Assembly: GCA_963422735.1 (NCBI GenBank)
Contig: OY730476.1
Location: forward strand, 800,001-864,000
DNA length: 64,000 bases
Reading direction: 5' to 3'
From: Candidatus Latescibacterota bacterium
GTDB lineage: Bacteria > Latescibacterota > UBA2968 > UBA8231
Below the pieces are notes generated by a model that was not told the origin of the DNA, searched no databases, and saw only the letters and a program-made list of their open reading frames with translations. The translations under genes and the position numbers were made by a program. Of the stretch, positions 22,201 to 30,135 are shown one piece after another. Position 1 is the stretch's first letter, and each line of letters begins with the position of its first letter.

Positions 22201-24256
22201 GGGCGAGAATCGCCACCGCCGCCTTGGGCTCTTTATCTGTATCGGGGACCATGCCGACCGCATGAAAGCCAAGGGTGTCTGCAAAGACAAACGATCCGCC
22301 GTCTGGATTCGGGAGAAAAGCCGGAAACATGGCACCATCCAAGCACTGGAACTCGTCTTTTACGTCTTTTGGCTTTTGACCCTGCTCAAAGGCCGCGTGG
22401 AAAACGAGATTGTCATACGCCGCATGCCACGCAACGCGCAACGGGTGCATCGGCAAGACGATGAGGCCAATCATCCGCCCAGCAAGGGACTGCACCTCTA
22501 CAGTGTTGCACCGCGCCAAGGATGGATCGCCACTCTCCAACAATGCAGTCCAAGCGCGGGTGTACCCTTTGACCGAATCAAAGGCTTTCGCCCTATCGTC
22601 ATAAACGTGCCCCACCACACCGCCGCCCTCGCGGACGCAGTCGGCTAATTTTCGGCTCGCCACGGTGGCTTTCTCCCATGTCGGCCCTTCATCCTCATGG
22701 TGAATGAACTCCACGTCTCCCGCTCGGGCACCGGACGCACGCACCTTGACGCGCCAGCGCCCAATGGCTCCGCCTCGCTCCGTCCACTGCTTTTCCACGT
22801 CGCGGAGCAGCGGCGGGCAGGGGACGCGAAAACTCAATCTTTTTGTACCCACAGATGTGCGTAACAGCACGAAATTGCTCTTCGCATCAAAGCTGAAATT
22901 CGCCGGACGGTCGGCGATGGCGGACGCGCTCTCCCGCTCATCGAGCTCGACCAACCCCTCGCTGAACGCACGGACCTTTCGGCCAGCCCCTCCAGCGGTC
23001 TTTTCGGGTGGCTCGCCAAAGCGGATGATGAACTCCTCGCTCTCTTGCGGTTCGACTGCGTCGTTCCCCACCACGGAAACCACCACTTTGGCGGAGACCA
23101 GAGAGTCTTCGTTCAGCATTGAAAAGTCATCGTTGCTGAACCGGCACTTCTCCTCTTTTCTCGCCGCGTGACTCACGTTATGCACGGATAGCTCTTCATC
23201 CACGCCGGTTACTATGGCAACGCGGTACTCTACGGCATTCTTTGCCAAATTGCCGGGTCGCGCCTTCCAGCGGACCTCCAGCTTTGAATAGTCCGACGAC
23301 GACATGGGCTCGGGCTTCAGGATCAGAACCGGTAGTTGCTGGCTGAGGTCTTCAACCAGCGATTTCACTTCGGGTTCTAATCCCGACCACTTGGCTATCG
23401 CGCCGTTCCGGTTGCGCCAAGACGTAAGTTCGATGGCTTGAATGTCATGGGCACTCTCTATCTGCAATGCGCCCACCCATAGTTTTTGCTTGTCGGCCAG
23501 TGCCGCCAACGCCGACAGCAGCGATTGGGTTTGTGCGGTGTGCAGAAAAACTTCGAGATCGCGGCGTTGCTCACCTGTCGGCTCCGCCAGCCGCAGCGAC
23601 TCAATACGCACCGGGATAGTCAGCCCAGAGGCCGCCGTTCTCAACAGGTGATCTACAAATCGGCGCGAGTAGTCCAAGACTTCTTCGTCCAAACCGGCGG
23701 ATTCGGCGACCGGCCACAGGCCGAGCAGGTAAAGATACGCGCCCGGATGCCGTTTGTGCGCTGCGATGCGGCAGAGAAAGTCGAATGCGGTCCAAGGCGA
23801 AACGCTGTACTGACTGCCGGATCCCTGCGCCTTTTTGATGGCCCGCTCGGCATATCGGCGATGGGTGCTCGACGACCGGCGCGTCCCCTCGGCACCAGCC
23901 AGTCGTCGAGCTTCCTTGAACAGGCTTGTCTCATCTACTTCCCGCGAGGCACTGTAGATGCCATCCATGCCGGCACCGGCAAGATGGGTATCCACCAGCA
24001 ACAGGGCGGCATCGCCTTTGGCTTCGCGCATCTCGACAGCTTGGTCCGCGGTAATGGTCCTCAGGTCTGTATCATCCGCATCCGCCACCCGCTGAACCTG
24101 CCAATTTGGTACGCGGAAGTTGTCGTCCGCCGCGAGCTTTGTCACCACATCCGGCGTCAGGCAGCGGACGAAGGCCATAGCCCCGGTTTCGGCTCGGCCA
24201 AGCACCTTCTCAAACGCCTGCCCGAGGATTTGCCCATGTAGTTTGCTCCATTCCAT
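19268..24256 (-). CDS. Large PD-(D/E)xK nuclease + HerA/FtsK-type ATPase (Mad8/DptH-like)
   Basis: 1662 aa; RPDLMYV...FVEVKYRR nuclease motif; Walker A GLPGMGKT, Walker B LIFDEAH, KECRKYGISLVLASQ. Confidence 0.8.
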   Translation of the reverse strand: MEWSKLHGQILGQAFEKVLGRAETGAMAFVRCLTPDVVTKLAADDNFRVPNWQVQRVADADDTDLRTITADQAVEMREAKGDAALLLVDTHLAGAGMDGIYSASREVDETSLFKEARRLAGAEGTRRSSSTHRRYAERAIKKAQGSGSQYSVSPWTAFDFLCRIAAHKRHPGAYLYLLGLWPVAESAGLDEEVLDYSRRFVDHLLRTAASGLTIPVRIESLRLAEPTGEQRRDLEVFLHTAQTQSLLSALAALADKQKLWVGALQIESAHDIQAIELTSWRNRNGAIAKWSGLEPEVKSLVEDLSQQLPVLILKPEPMSSSDYSKLEVRWKARPGNLAKNAVEYRVAIVTGVDEELSVHNVSHAARKEEKCRFSNDDFSMLNEDSLVSAKVVVSVVGNDAVEPQESEEFIIRFGEPPEKTAGGAGRKVRAFSEGLVELDERESASAIADRPANFSFDAKSNFVLLRTSVGTKRLSFRVPCPPLLRDVEKQWTERGGAIGRWRVKVRASGARAGDVEFIHHEDEGPTWEKATVASRKLADCVREGGGVVGHVYDDRAKAFDSVKGYTRAWTALLESGDPSLARCNTVEVQSLAGRMIGLIVLPMHPLRVAWHAAYDNLVFHAAFEQGQKPKDVKDEFQCLDGAMFPAFLPNPDGGSFVFADTLGFHAVGMVPDTDKEPKAAVAILARALGEGESMDAAPTVGGQSAEVVGDEVVKYLDCHNTSRLLRVHALRAGDGLTIARSLGRVHDRLRRADDEDVSEEQSRGAPVFSLEMYPSEEQRGIAGRFIAEARERRRSGAGAVSPDDQWMLESLSLPGGVNMPRLRWARKNELDPKTAAHVAVAFDTFESQVRLAERERPSDGMFHAFGLLSFYVRDFAARPAPLWCSTVPLAQAGERHPADRAHTKRLADLQGAIQDAVARHVGAVSGKLPVLYTEVSREKEGGLRELHRLCDWVITLDRNAGIEYFDSPRDNRTIYDAYVIDCVPEREDLGCLQLITSTSNLEEVRVLLDDALDQMGLSRSRRNAEFLLEHLKALSGRLAIRLTGDKPPTSELIALAVAQANCQQAQETDSCWVSLERGFIVPVDDVRDLLPPLTDEDGDEKEVRPDLMYVTTAPGKGLMFRFVEVKYRRDLRAARSPDILRRIQEQTAEVSKRWNDWYSHEECSAFRAVRRAKLARVLHFYADKARRHHLPAARHTKLAAEIDRMIEKGGDYRLDTDKSGDRGWVFCPEYAGADPLKISPDNWSTKVFLCGPGLLPDSGLRVEMAAHIPEPLKQEHDQHNGDLGVQQSTVTTVGNMAVENADACGGEPKDAVVFAPSICFGTDPFTNTEVRWPLTVQGNPHLLIAGLPGMGKTTCLLNLCNQMMAAGIRPIVFSYHQDIDERLGQSADSVRFIDFDGLGFNPLEVVDRESWMAHLDVAGAVRDIFAAIYPELGDIQAERIRGAIKESFVEVGWGNANAAAPDLPEPTFSRFVEILRDDSKPDRGLRTLLARLEELEDYGFFDLRESHSSLWESEQPTVIRIHMTQNDNLQRAFASLVFYGLYKDMFRRGIQDRITHALIFDEAHRAAGLKLIPTMAKECRKYGISLVLASQEAKDFDVSVFSAIANYLVLRLTEAEAKSLVRNVSSSQQERVLIDKIKQMDRFKALYFCEGKNRPYSVDLSS

Positions 24257-24257
24257 A

Positions 24258-26054
24258 TCAGTTCTCCATCGCCGGCTTGAAGCGAGGCTCCAGCCGCTTC
24301 ATCGCTTCCGCATCGTTGACGCCCACCAAAAGCCCTAAATCGCGCAGACGCCGCTCCAGAATCGTGCGATTCCTTTGCAGCAATTCGTTGGAGATCGTCA
24401 TCCCCGACGGGGCGGTATCCACGTGTAATCCATAGCGTTCGCGCAAGACTTCGAGAAACTCCCGGAACGAAAGAGGGCGAACGCCCGGTTTGTTGCCACT
24501 TCTCAACAAGTGCAGATGCACCAGATAGTCCAGCACCGAATCAGTGAACACTAGGGAACGAACATCGCGTTTCCGGCGCGTTGTGCTCCCACCAAGACCG
24601 CGCGTCGTCGTCCTTCTAGCGGCCAGACCGTTTGGACGACCGGTGAGCAAATTCGAGTCGAGCATCGCCATGAAGTGGCTACGAGGCCCCATTAGCACCA
24701 TCAATCCATCGGCAAGCCGCCAGACCGGGTTTTCTTGGCTGGTATCGTTAGTCAAGATTTCCGCGAATTCGGGGTAGTCGTCCGCTAGTTCCTCGGCCAG
24801 TTTGTCGGCATCGTCTTCTATCCTGTCCAAAATTCTTCGTGCTTGCGGATGGCGGTCGTGCAGCAAGTCCCCCAATAGATTCAGCCAATCCGTGGCATAA
24901 GGGCGGGTAGCAATATCCTCCCTTTTGATTCTTTTATTGTCCCGCGCCCGATAGTCCAATAGCCGCAGTACCATCAAAAGGACGGGAAAACGCTCCATAC
25001 GCCGCCTATAGTCATCCATCGACTGCTCGGCCGCGTCCCGGATGCTGCGCTCGATCCCATTAGAGCAATCCACGAACAAAGGGGCGGGTAGCTGTTCATC
25101 GCGGTGCGGGACAGTACCTGTCTCCGACCACCGCAACAACAACTCGACTGTGCTAGTAAAAATAGTCGTCAGACCAATGGCAATACAGGACTCCAGCATT
25201 TCCACCAGAGCGTATCGCGGCACTGGGTTTGCGTAGGAGCGCACAAAGCGGCGGATGTCCTCGGAGAAATTCCGCGCCACTTCCTCTGCTATGGGGCGTT
25301 GATTGGAGATTGTGCCGCCCTCCTTACCCCGCATCTTGTCCGGTGCCGTCTTGAGTTGCTGCGCGAGCCGGATCATCAACAGTTGGTCCAGTCCAACGGA
25401 GTCGTCTTCCTCCTTGAACCGATCCGATGCCAAGTCGCTCAAGACCCCTCCACGGCGGGTAACGCCTTGGCCGAAGGCACCCAACAAAACGTTCTCCTCG
25501 TACTTTTTCCCCACCGGGAACCATGTTTTTTTATCGTCGCTCTGTCCGACTAACTCGCCCTTCTGATCGGCCAGCATGGCTACGATCATTTCGGGAACGT
25601 AACGGAGGTGCGCCACTGTCTCTGGAAGATCTACCCAACTCGCCATGTAATGGGCTGGGGCGACCCGCTGGATTTGCTGGTCGCGACCGAGATTGTGCTT
25701 GATATTTTCGAGACAGAAACAGAGCAATAAATCGCCAAGGATGGCTTTCTCGGCTTCGCCCTCGAAACCGCACAACTCTACTGTACCGGAAAGCCTCTCT
25801 GCGATGCGTTCTATGGTCGCTGATTGTCTTATTCGGCTAGGCGATCCATCTTTATCGCCGAAGGTTTCTAGAAATTTTCCCTTCCCTCTCCGTTCACCGA
25901 AGCGGAACATATAGAAGACCGCGGGAAGAACCGCGGAAAGCTCAAAAATCTGTACCGAGACCGGCAATACCTTGTCGTAGTTACTGGACCAGATTTCTCG
26001 GGTCATGCCGGGGCCCAGTACGTCTTCGACGAGTTTGCGCACATTATCGGCCAT
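24258..26054 (-). CDS. Hypothetical protein, middle subunit of the defence module (Mad7/DptG-like)
   Basis: 598 aa; closely spaced with both neighbours; C-terminal wHTH-like FLEVLRERYGL...LERRLRDLGLL..VNDAE ending resembling DptG-type proteins. Confidence 0.65.
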   Translation of the reverse strand: MADNVRKLVEDVLGPGMTREIWSSNYDKVLPVSVQIFELSAVLPAVFYMFRFGERRGKGKFLETFGDKDGSPSRIRQSATIERIAERLSGTVELCGFEGEAEKAILGDLLLCFCLENIKHNLGRDQQIQRVAPAHYMASWVDLPETVAHLRYVPEMIVAMLADQKGELVGQSDDKKTWFPVGKKYEENVLLGAFGQGVTRRGGVLSDLASDRFKEEDDSVGLDQLLMIRLAQQLKTAPDKMRGKEGGTISNQRPIAEEVARNFSEDIRRFVRSYANPVPRYALVEMLESCIAIGLTTIFTSTVELLLRWSETGTVPHRDEQLPAPLFVDCSNGIERSIRDAAEQSMDDYRRRMERFPVLLMVLRLLDYRARDNKRIKREDIATRPYATDWLNLLGDLLHDRHPQARRILDRIEDDADKLAEELADDYPEFAEILTNDTSQENPVWRLADGLMVLMGPRSHFMAMLDSNLLTGRPNGLAARRTTTRGLGGSTTRRKRDVRSLVFTDSVLDYLVHLHLLRSGNKPGVRPLSFREFLEVLRERYGLHVDTAPSGMTISNELLQRNRTILERRLRDLGLLVGVNDAEAMKRLEPRFKPAMEN

Positions 26055-26061
26055 TTGTCAT

Positions 26062-29000
26062 CTACTCCTCCAGTCGCTGAATAATCATCTGTTGCTGAAC
26101 ATCGGCGCCGGCACCTTTGACGATCGCCGCAGAAACCTCGTAGATCGCCTCGTCCTGCATGTGATTCCAAGCCAACACCTTGCGGTCATCCTCGCGCACC
26201 AACCGTTGCACAAAAATCGACAAGTGGGCAAAGGTGTCATCGGTCGATACATCGCCCAACTGGTAGCCGTCGCTCAGTTCCAAAAGCAGGTGAAACAGGT
26301 CGGCACCGAGGCGGAGCCGCTCTTTACGCCCACCTCGATAGCGGTAGATCAAAAAGGCTTGGCGATGCAGCCGGTCAAGTCCTTCGGCTTCGGCTGGCAG
26401 GTCCGCTTCAAGCCGAAAGCTGGTCAGTGGCTTCTCCACCCAGAACGCGGTTTCCGTGGGCGTTCGCGGCGTGATGCGTAGCGGGACTACACCGGGGCGG
26501 TCAAGTGCTTGGGGCGGCAGACTTTCCAAACGCGCAATCCCCTCGCACAGCCTTCGGCACAGATCGTCGAGATCACCTTCGGCGCTTGGGAGATTGCTAA
26601 ACTCCCGATAATACCGCGCTTGGGCCAAGCCGAGGGCGTAAGGATCTGCGGCGAGCGCGGCGATGTCGTCTGCGGTCCATTCAAAGTAGGCCCGCCGCCG
26701 CGCTTCTTCCAGCGTCAGCCCCGGATAGTGGGGAGCACCTCCCGAGGTATCAACAGAGGGGGTTCGCAGAAGGCGTCGATCAATCTGCGGATGGGCTTCA
26801 AGGGCTGGGTCAAAGCGAATTAGCTCTTGCAACACATCTCCCTGTCGCCCCGGCGACTCCGGCGAAAAGGCGCGTTCCCAATAGGGCAACGGAGCATCCT
26901 CACCGCTGTGATAGTCGCTGCAGAAGTGAACGCCGAACAGGATATACACCAGTGCGGCCCGCAGTTCGCGGACGGTGATGTGGGTTTCGCCGCGCAGGTG
27001 AACGGCTTGCAACATCTCGAACAGTCGTTGCCGAGCGCGCTTGCGCTCATCTTCCGGGGCCATGCCGGGCAGCCCTTTGGGACCAAACCGCCGCATGGCG
27101 CGCCGGACCTCACACCGGTCTTGGGCCGAACACGTCTCGCAAGGTGCCCAAATCTGGGGGGACTTTTCTTTGCCGTAGAGGCTGTCTATCAGCTCATCGA
27201 GAAAGTCGGTTTTAATGTTTGCTTCGTCCGGCACCACGCTGCCAACAAGCGACCGTTGATTGAGGCTGATGAAGCGGATGTGCGATTCGGGCGCGGATTC
27301 CTCGCCATTGAGTAGGTTGTAGAGAGCCTGTGTCAACGGCGTTTCGGCTCTATCAATCCACTCCAAGAGACGCCCATCGTTGATCGCCAGCAGATGGACA
27401 ATGTCTTCGCCGGGCGCACCCTGTTGAAACGGCTGCAAAAATTCATCCAACAGCTCATCGGCGGAACGTCCCTGCCACGACGCCGACCCATCGAGATTCA
27501 TGCGGACAATCAGGCCATCGTCCATCGGATGCTCCAGAATGCGCTCTGAGGAATTGTGTATGCCAAACCCAAGGCGACCAGCAAGGTGCTGCAGCAACGC
27601 GGTTTTCCCGTCGCCGGCGTTGCCGCACAGGATGACGAGCCGGACTTTTCGGCACAGAATGTCGCCATACAGGGCCTCTTCGAGACGGGTTTCAACATAG
27701 GTTTGCTCGGCAAAGTTCGTGTCGAGGCCGCGTGTTTCGCTGTTTCCCCAGCGAGAGCCGGGGTAGGATTGCAGCAAGGATTGCAGCCAACGCACTTCAT
27801 TCTCACGGCGAGCGGGAGGTTCCGCTGGTGGCTCTGCGGATTCATCGGCACTTTCGGCCTCAGTGGCCGAGGGGGGACTCAAAGCGGCCTTCGCTTCATC
27901 CGCAGAAGCAAATCGCTGCTCGGGGTCGGGATCCGTCGCCTTCGCTAGGAATGCGGTGATGGTTGGATAATCCTCGCGCTCGACGCCATCCCAATTCAAG
28001 CCGCGTTCCTTGGCCCGGCTGCCATCGTACATGAACGGCTCCTTCTCGAAGAGCACCTGAAAGAAGCTCGCAGCTAACGCGAAGAAGTCGTCTGCAGGAG
28101 CGGCCGGCCGGTCTTTGGGATGTGTATGCGGGCTATATATGATGGTGCCGGGGATGACCGGCTCCCCCACCTTGGCCACGCAGTCGTAGTCCGTCAAAAC
28201 AATCTCGTCATCGGCAACGATCATGTTGCGCGGGCTGACGTCGCCATGCACCAAGCCGTTGCGATGCAGAACGTCTAATGCATCGCAAACCGTTCGCAGC
28301 CAACGCAACGCCAATGCCTCCCCCGACTCTTCGTGGAAGTCTTCGGCGAGAATCGGGAGCACACCGGCGAGCTCGCTCAAGGGTTCGCCTTCGATCCACC
28401 GCATCAAGGCAACGAAATCGTTGTCGCGCCACTCCTCCGCCGTTTCAAATATGGTCGAAAGCGCTGCCGAATCAGCGAGGTGCGAATGCGCTAAGTTGTA
28501 TGCCTGAAGGACTCGCCGACCCGTTTCTTCGTCGCTGACCACCTTGGCGACGTAGGCCCCGAGATCGCCGCCGGTCGCGCCATCGATCCGCACTACCTTG
28601 AACGTAGTTCCAACCCCGCCGGAACCGAGACGCGAAACGATTCGGTAATCCCGGCCGCGAAAGTTCACGATCTGATCTTCGGTCCAGAATCGGGCCGGTG
28701 GCGCGATGACTGCCGGCGGTTCGCCCAGCAGGTCCAACAATGAGGCGTGGAGTTTTTCCAATGTAGTTCGCGCCGCCGGATCGTCCGCCGTACCCTCGGC
28801 TAGCGCCCTGCTAGCCTCCACTTCCTGGCCGGCCTTGTCGGCCGTGTGGCCGTGTGGCCCCGTACCCTCGGCTAGCGCCCTGCTAGCCTCCACTTCTCTT
28901 CCCTCGAACAGCACGGACAGACTGGCGCACAACGAATACACATCGGATCGACGATCCGCCGCCCCAAGGCCCTGTTTGCGAATCTCGGGGGCCACCGCAA

Positions 29001-30090
29001 CATCCCACTCGTCTTCTGCCCCGCCGGAGACCGCCACTGTGACATCAGCGGGAATCCGGGCGTACTGGAAACCTGTCAAAATCGGCGTGTTGTCGTGTTT
29101 GACGAGAATCGTGCCCGGCGCAAGGTTCCGGTGCAGCATGGGTTCCTCGCCCTCACCCGGTTCGTGCAACTTCGTCAATGCTTCTACTGCTTGCCGAGCG
29201 AAGTCTAGTCGCGCCTTCGCATCCCACGTATCGTCGGTGGCGCGGTGCTCAACGCTAGGAGCCGCCGGGTCTGCGACCGTGAAGAACCACATCTCGCCAG
29301 CATACCCCGGTGCCTCTTGGAATGAATCGACAATGCGCGGTGCCCAAGCGCGAAGTTGCAACCGGTGCAGCGCGTCAAATTCCCTCCGCACCCTCGCCTC
29401 TAGGTCCCGCTGTTCGGTTGCCGACACGTCATAGAGGTGCAGCAGCACGGGATCTCGACGGGTGGAATGCACACCCTTGTAGATTCGATGCAATCGCTCG
29501 TCCGTAGGCGTCTGGAGCGTCAGATTGACATAGCCAGCCAATCGTCTCAGCGCACCGTCCACAGCCACACTGGCCTTCGGGTACAAAGCTTTGCCCAGCA
29601 TTTTGACTTGCGACGGCGATAGGAACTCTGGCGCATCCAGTGCCAAGGCACCTTGCCAAGTTTTCAATGTGTGGAACCGAACGCCGCGAACTTCCCGTCC
29701 CTCAAGCGGCTTGACTTTCGCCGCATCCTGCGTGACCAAAAACACCCCATCCACCCGGCCGAGATCCGAGATCATCCGGCGCAAAGTGGTGCCGACCTTG
29801 CGCGCCTTGTCCGTTACGCGCTCGGCTTCGCGTTCCACAAGTTCGTCGTTCCGCTTCACCCAAGCCGCGTTCCAGTGTTTGACCTCAATGACCCGAACTC
29901 CAGGCGGGCCAATGGCGACAATGTCGATTTCGTCTGATTGGCGACGATGGGTGGTGGAAAACGCGAGATTCGTCAGCAGCAACCACTCGCCATCACCTGG
30001 TTCGGCTATCAGACGAGTCTTGAGTTGGGCAATAGCCTTGCGCTCGCTCTCGTTGACGGCTGGCCCACAGCTAATAGAGGTTACTTTCAT
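26062..30090 (-). CDS. NERD nuclease + pseudokinase + Ser/Thr kinase + P-loop ATPase fusion (Mad6-like; ATPase DptF-like)
   Basis: EIDIVAIG...IEVKHW (NERD); kinase 1 HRNLAPGTIL/LTGF (degenerate); kinase 2 LGSGGVG, VAKV, HGDVSPRN, LTDYD; CGNAGDGKT Walker A and LLAINDGRL. Confidence 0.85.
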   Translation of the reverse strand: MKVTSISCGPAVNESERKAIAQLKTRLIAEPGDGEWLLLTNLAFSTTHRRQSDEIDIVAIGPPGVRVIEVKHWNAAWVKRNDELVEREAERVTDKARKVGTTLRRMISDLGRVDGVFLVTQDAAKVKPLEGREVRGVRFHTLKTWQGALALDAPEFLSPSQVKMLGKALYPKASVAVDGALRRLAGYVNLTLQTPTDERLHRIYKGVHSTRRDPVLLHLYDVSATEQRDLEARVRREFDALHRLQLRAWAPRIVDSFQEAPGYAGEMWFFTVADPAAPSVEHRATDDTWDAKARLDFARQAVEALTKLHEPGEGEEPMLHRNLAPGTILVKHDNTPILTGFQYARIPADVTVAVSGGAEDEWDVAVAPEIRKQGLGAADRRSDVYSLCASLSVLFEGREVEASRALAEGTGPHGHTADKAGQEVEASRALAEGTADDPAARTTLEKLHASLLDLLGEPPAVIAPPARFWTEDQIVNFRGRDYRIVSRLGSGGVGTTFKVVRIDGATGGDLGAYVAKVVSDEETGRRVLQAYNLAHSHLADSAALSTIFETAEEWRDNDFVALMRWIEGEPLSELAGVLPILAEDFHEESGEALALRWLRTVCDALDVLHRNGLVHGDVSPRNMIVADDEIVLTDYDCVAKVGEPVIPGTIIYSPHTHPKDRPAAPADDFFALAASFFQVLFEKEPFMYDGSRAKERGLNWDGVEREDYPTITAFLAKATDPDPEQRFASADEAKAALSPPSATEAESADESAEPPAEPPARRENEVRWLQSLLQSYPGSRWGNSETRGLDTNFAEQTYVETRLEEALYGDILCRKVRLVILCGNAGDGKTALLQHLAGRLGFGIHNSSERILEHPMDDGLIVRMNLDGSASWQGRSADELLDEFLQPFQQGAPGEDIVHLLAINDGRLLEWIDRAETPLTQALYNLLNGEESAPESHIRFISLNQRSLVGSVVPDEANIKTDFLDELIDSLYGKEKSPQIWAPCETCSAQDRCEVRRAMRRFGPKGLPGMAPEDERKRARQRLFEMLQAVHLRGETHITVRELRAALVYILFGVHFCSDYHSGEDAPLPYWERAFSPESPGRQGDVLQELIRFDPALEAHPQIDRRLLRTPSVDTSGGAPHYPGLTLEEARRRAYFEWTADDIAALAADPYALGLAQARYYREFSNLPSAEGDLDDLCRRLCEGIARLESLPPQALDRPGVVPLRITPRTPTETAFWVEKPLTSFRLEADLPAEAEGLDRLHRQAFLIYRYRGGRKERLRLGADLFHLLLELSDGYQLGDVSTDDTFAHLSIFVQRLVREDDRKVLAWNHMQDEAIYEVSAAIVKGAGADVQQQMIIQRLEE
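28788..28896. repeat. Perfect 37-bp direct repeat around a 35-bp insert, in frame inside the kinase gene
   Basis: ccgtaccctcggctagcgccctgctagcctccacttc at 28788-28824 and 28860-28896; protein EVEASRALAEGT twice. Confidence 0.93.
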
Positions 30091-30135
30091 CCGTTGTCGC
30101 CTTCCATGAGCATTTGAGAAAACGCTAGCTTTTTC

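Larger units (their letters stand above)
19271..30114 (-). mobile_element. Repeat-bounded 10.8-kb accessory island carrying a three-gene putative defence module; no integrase
   Basis: Flanked by diverged direct repeats of the host gene 3' end; contains only three closely spaced ORFs. Confidence 0.7.

Noticed and set aside
28788-28896. CRISPR-like spacing (37-bp repeat, 35-bp spacer)
   Set aside because: Only two repeats, in frame within a CDS, no leader and no cas genes
26062-30090. BREX type 2 PglW
   Set aside because: No pglX/pglY/pglZ, and the C-terminus is a P-loop ATPase unlike PglW
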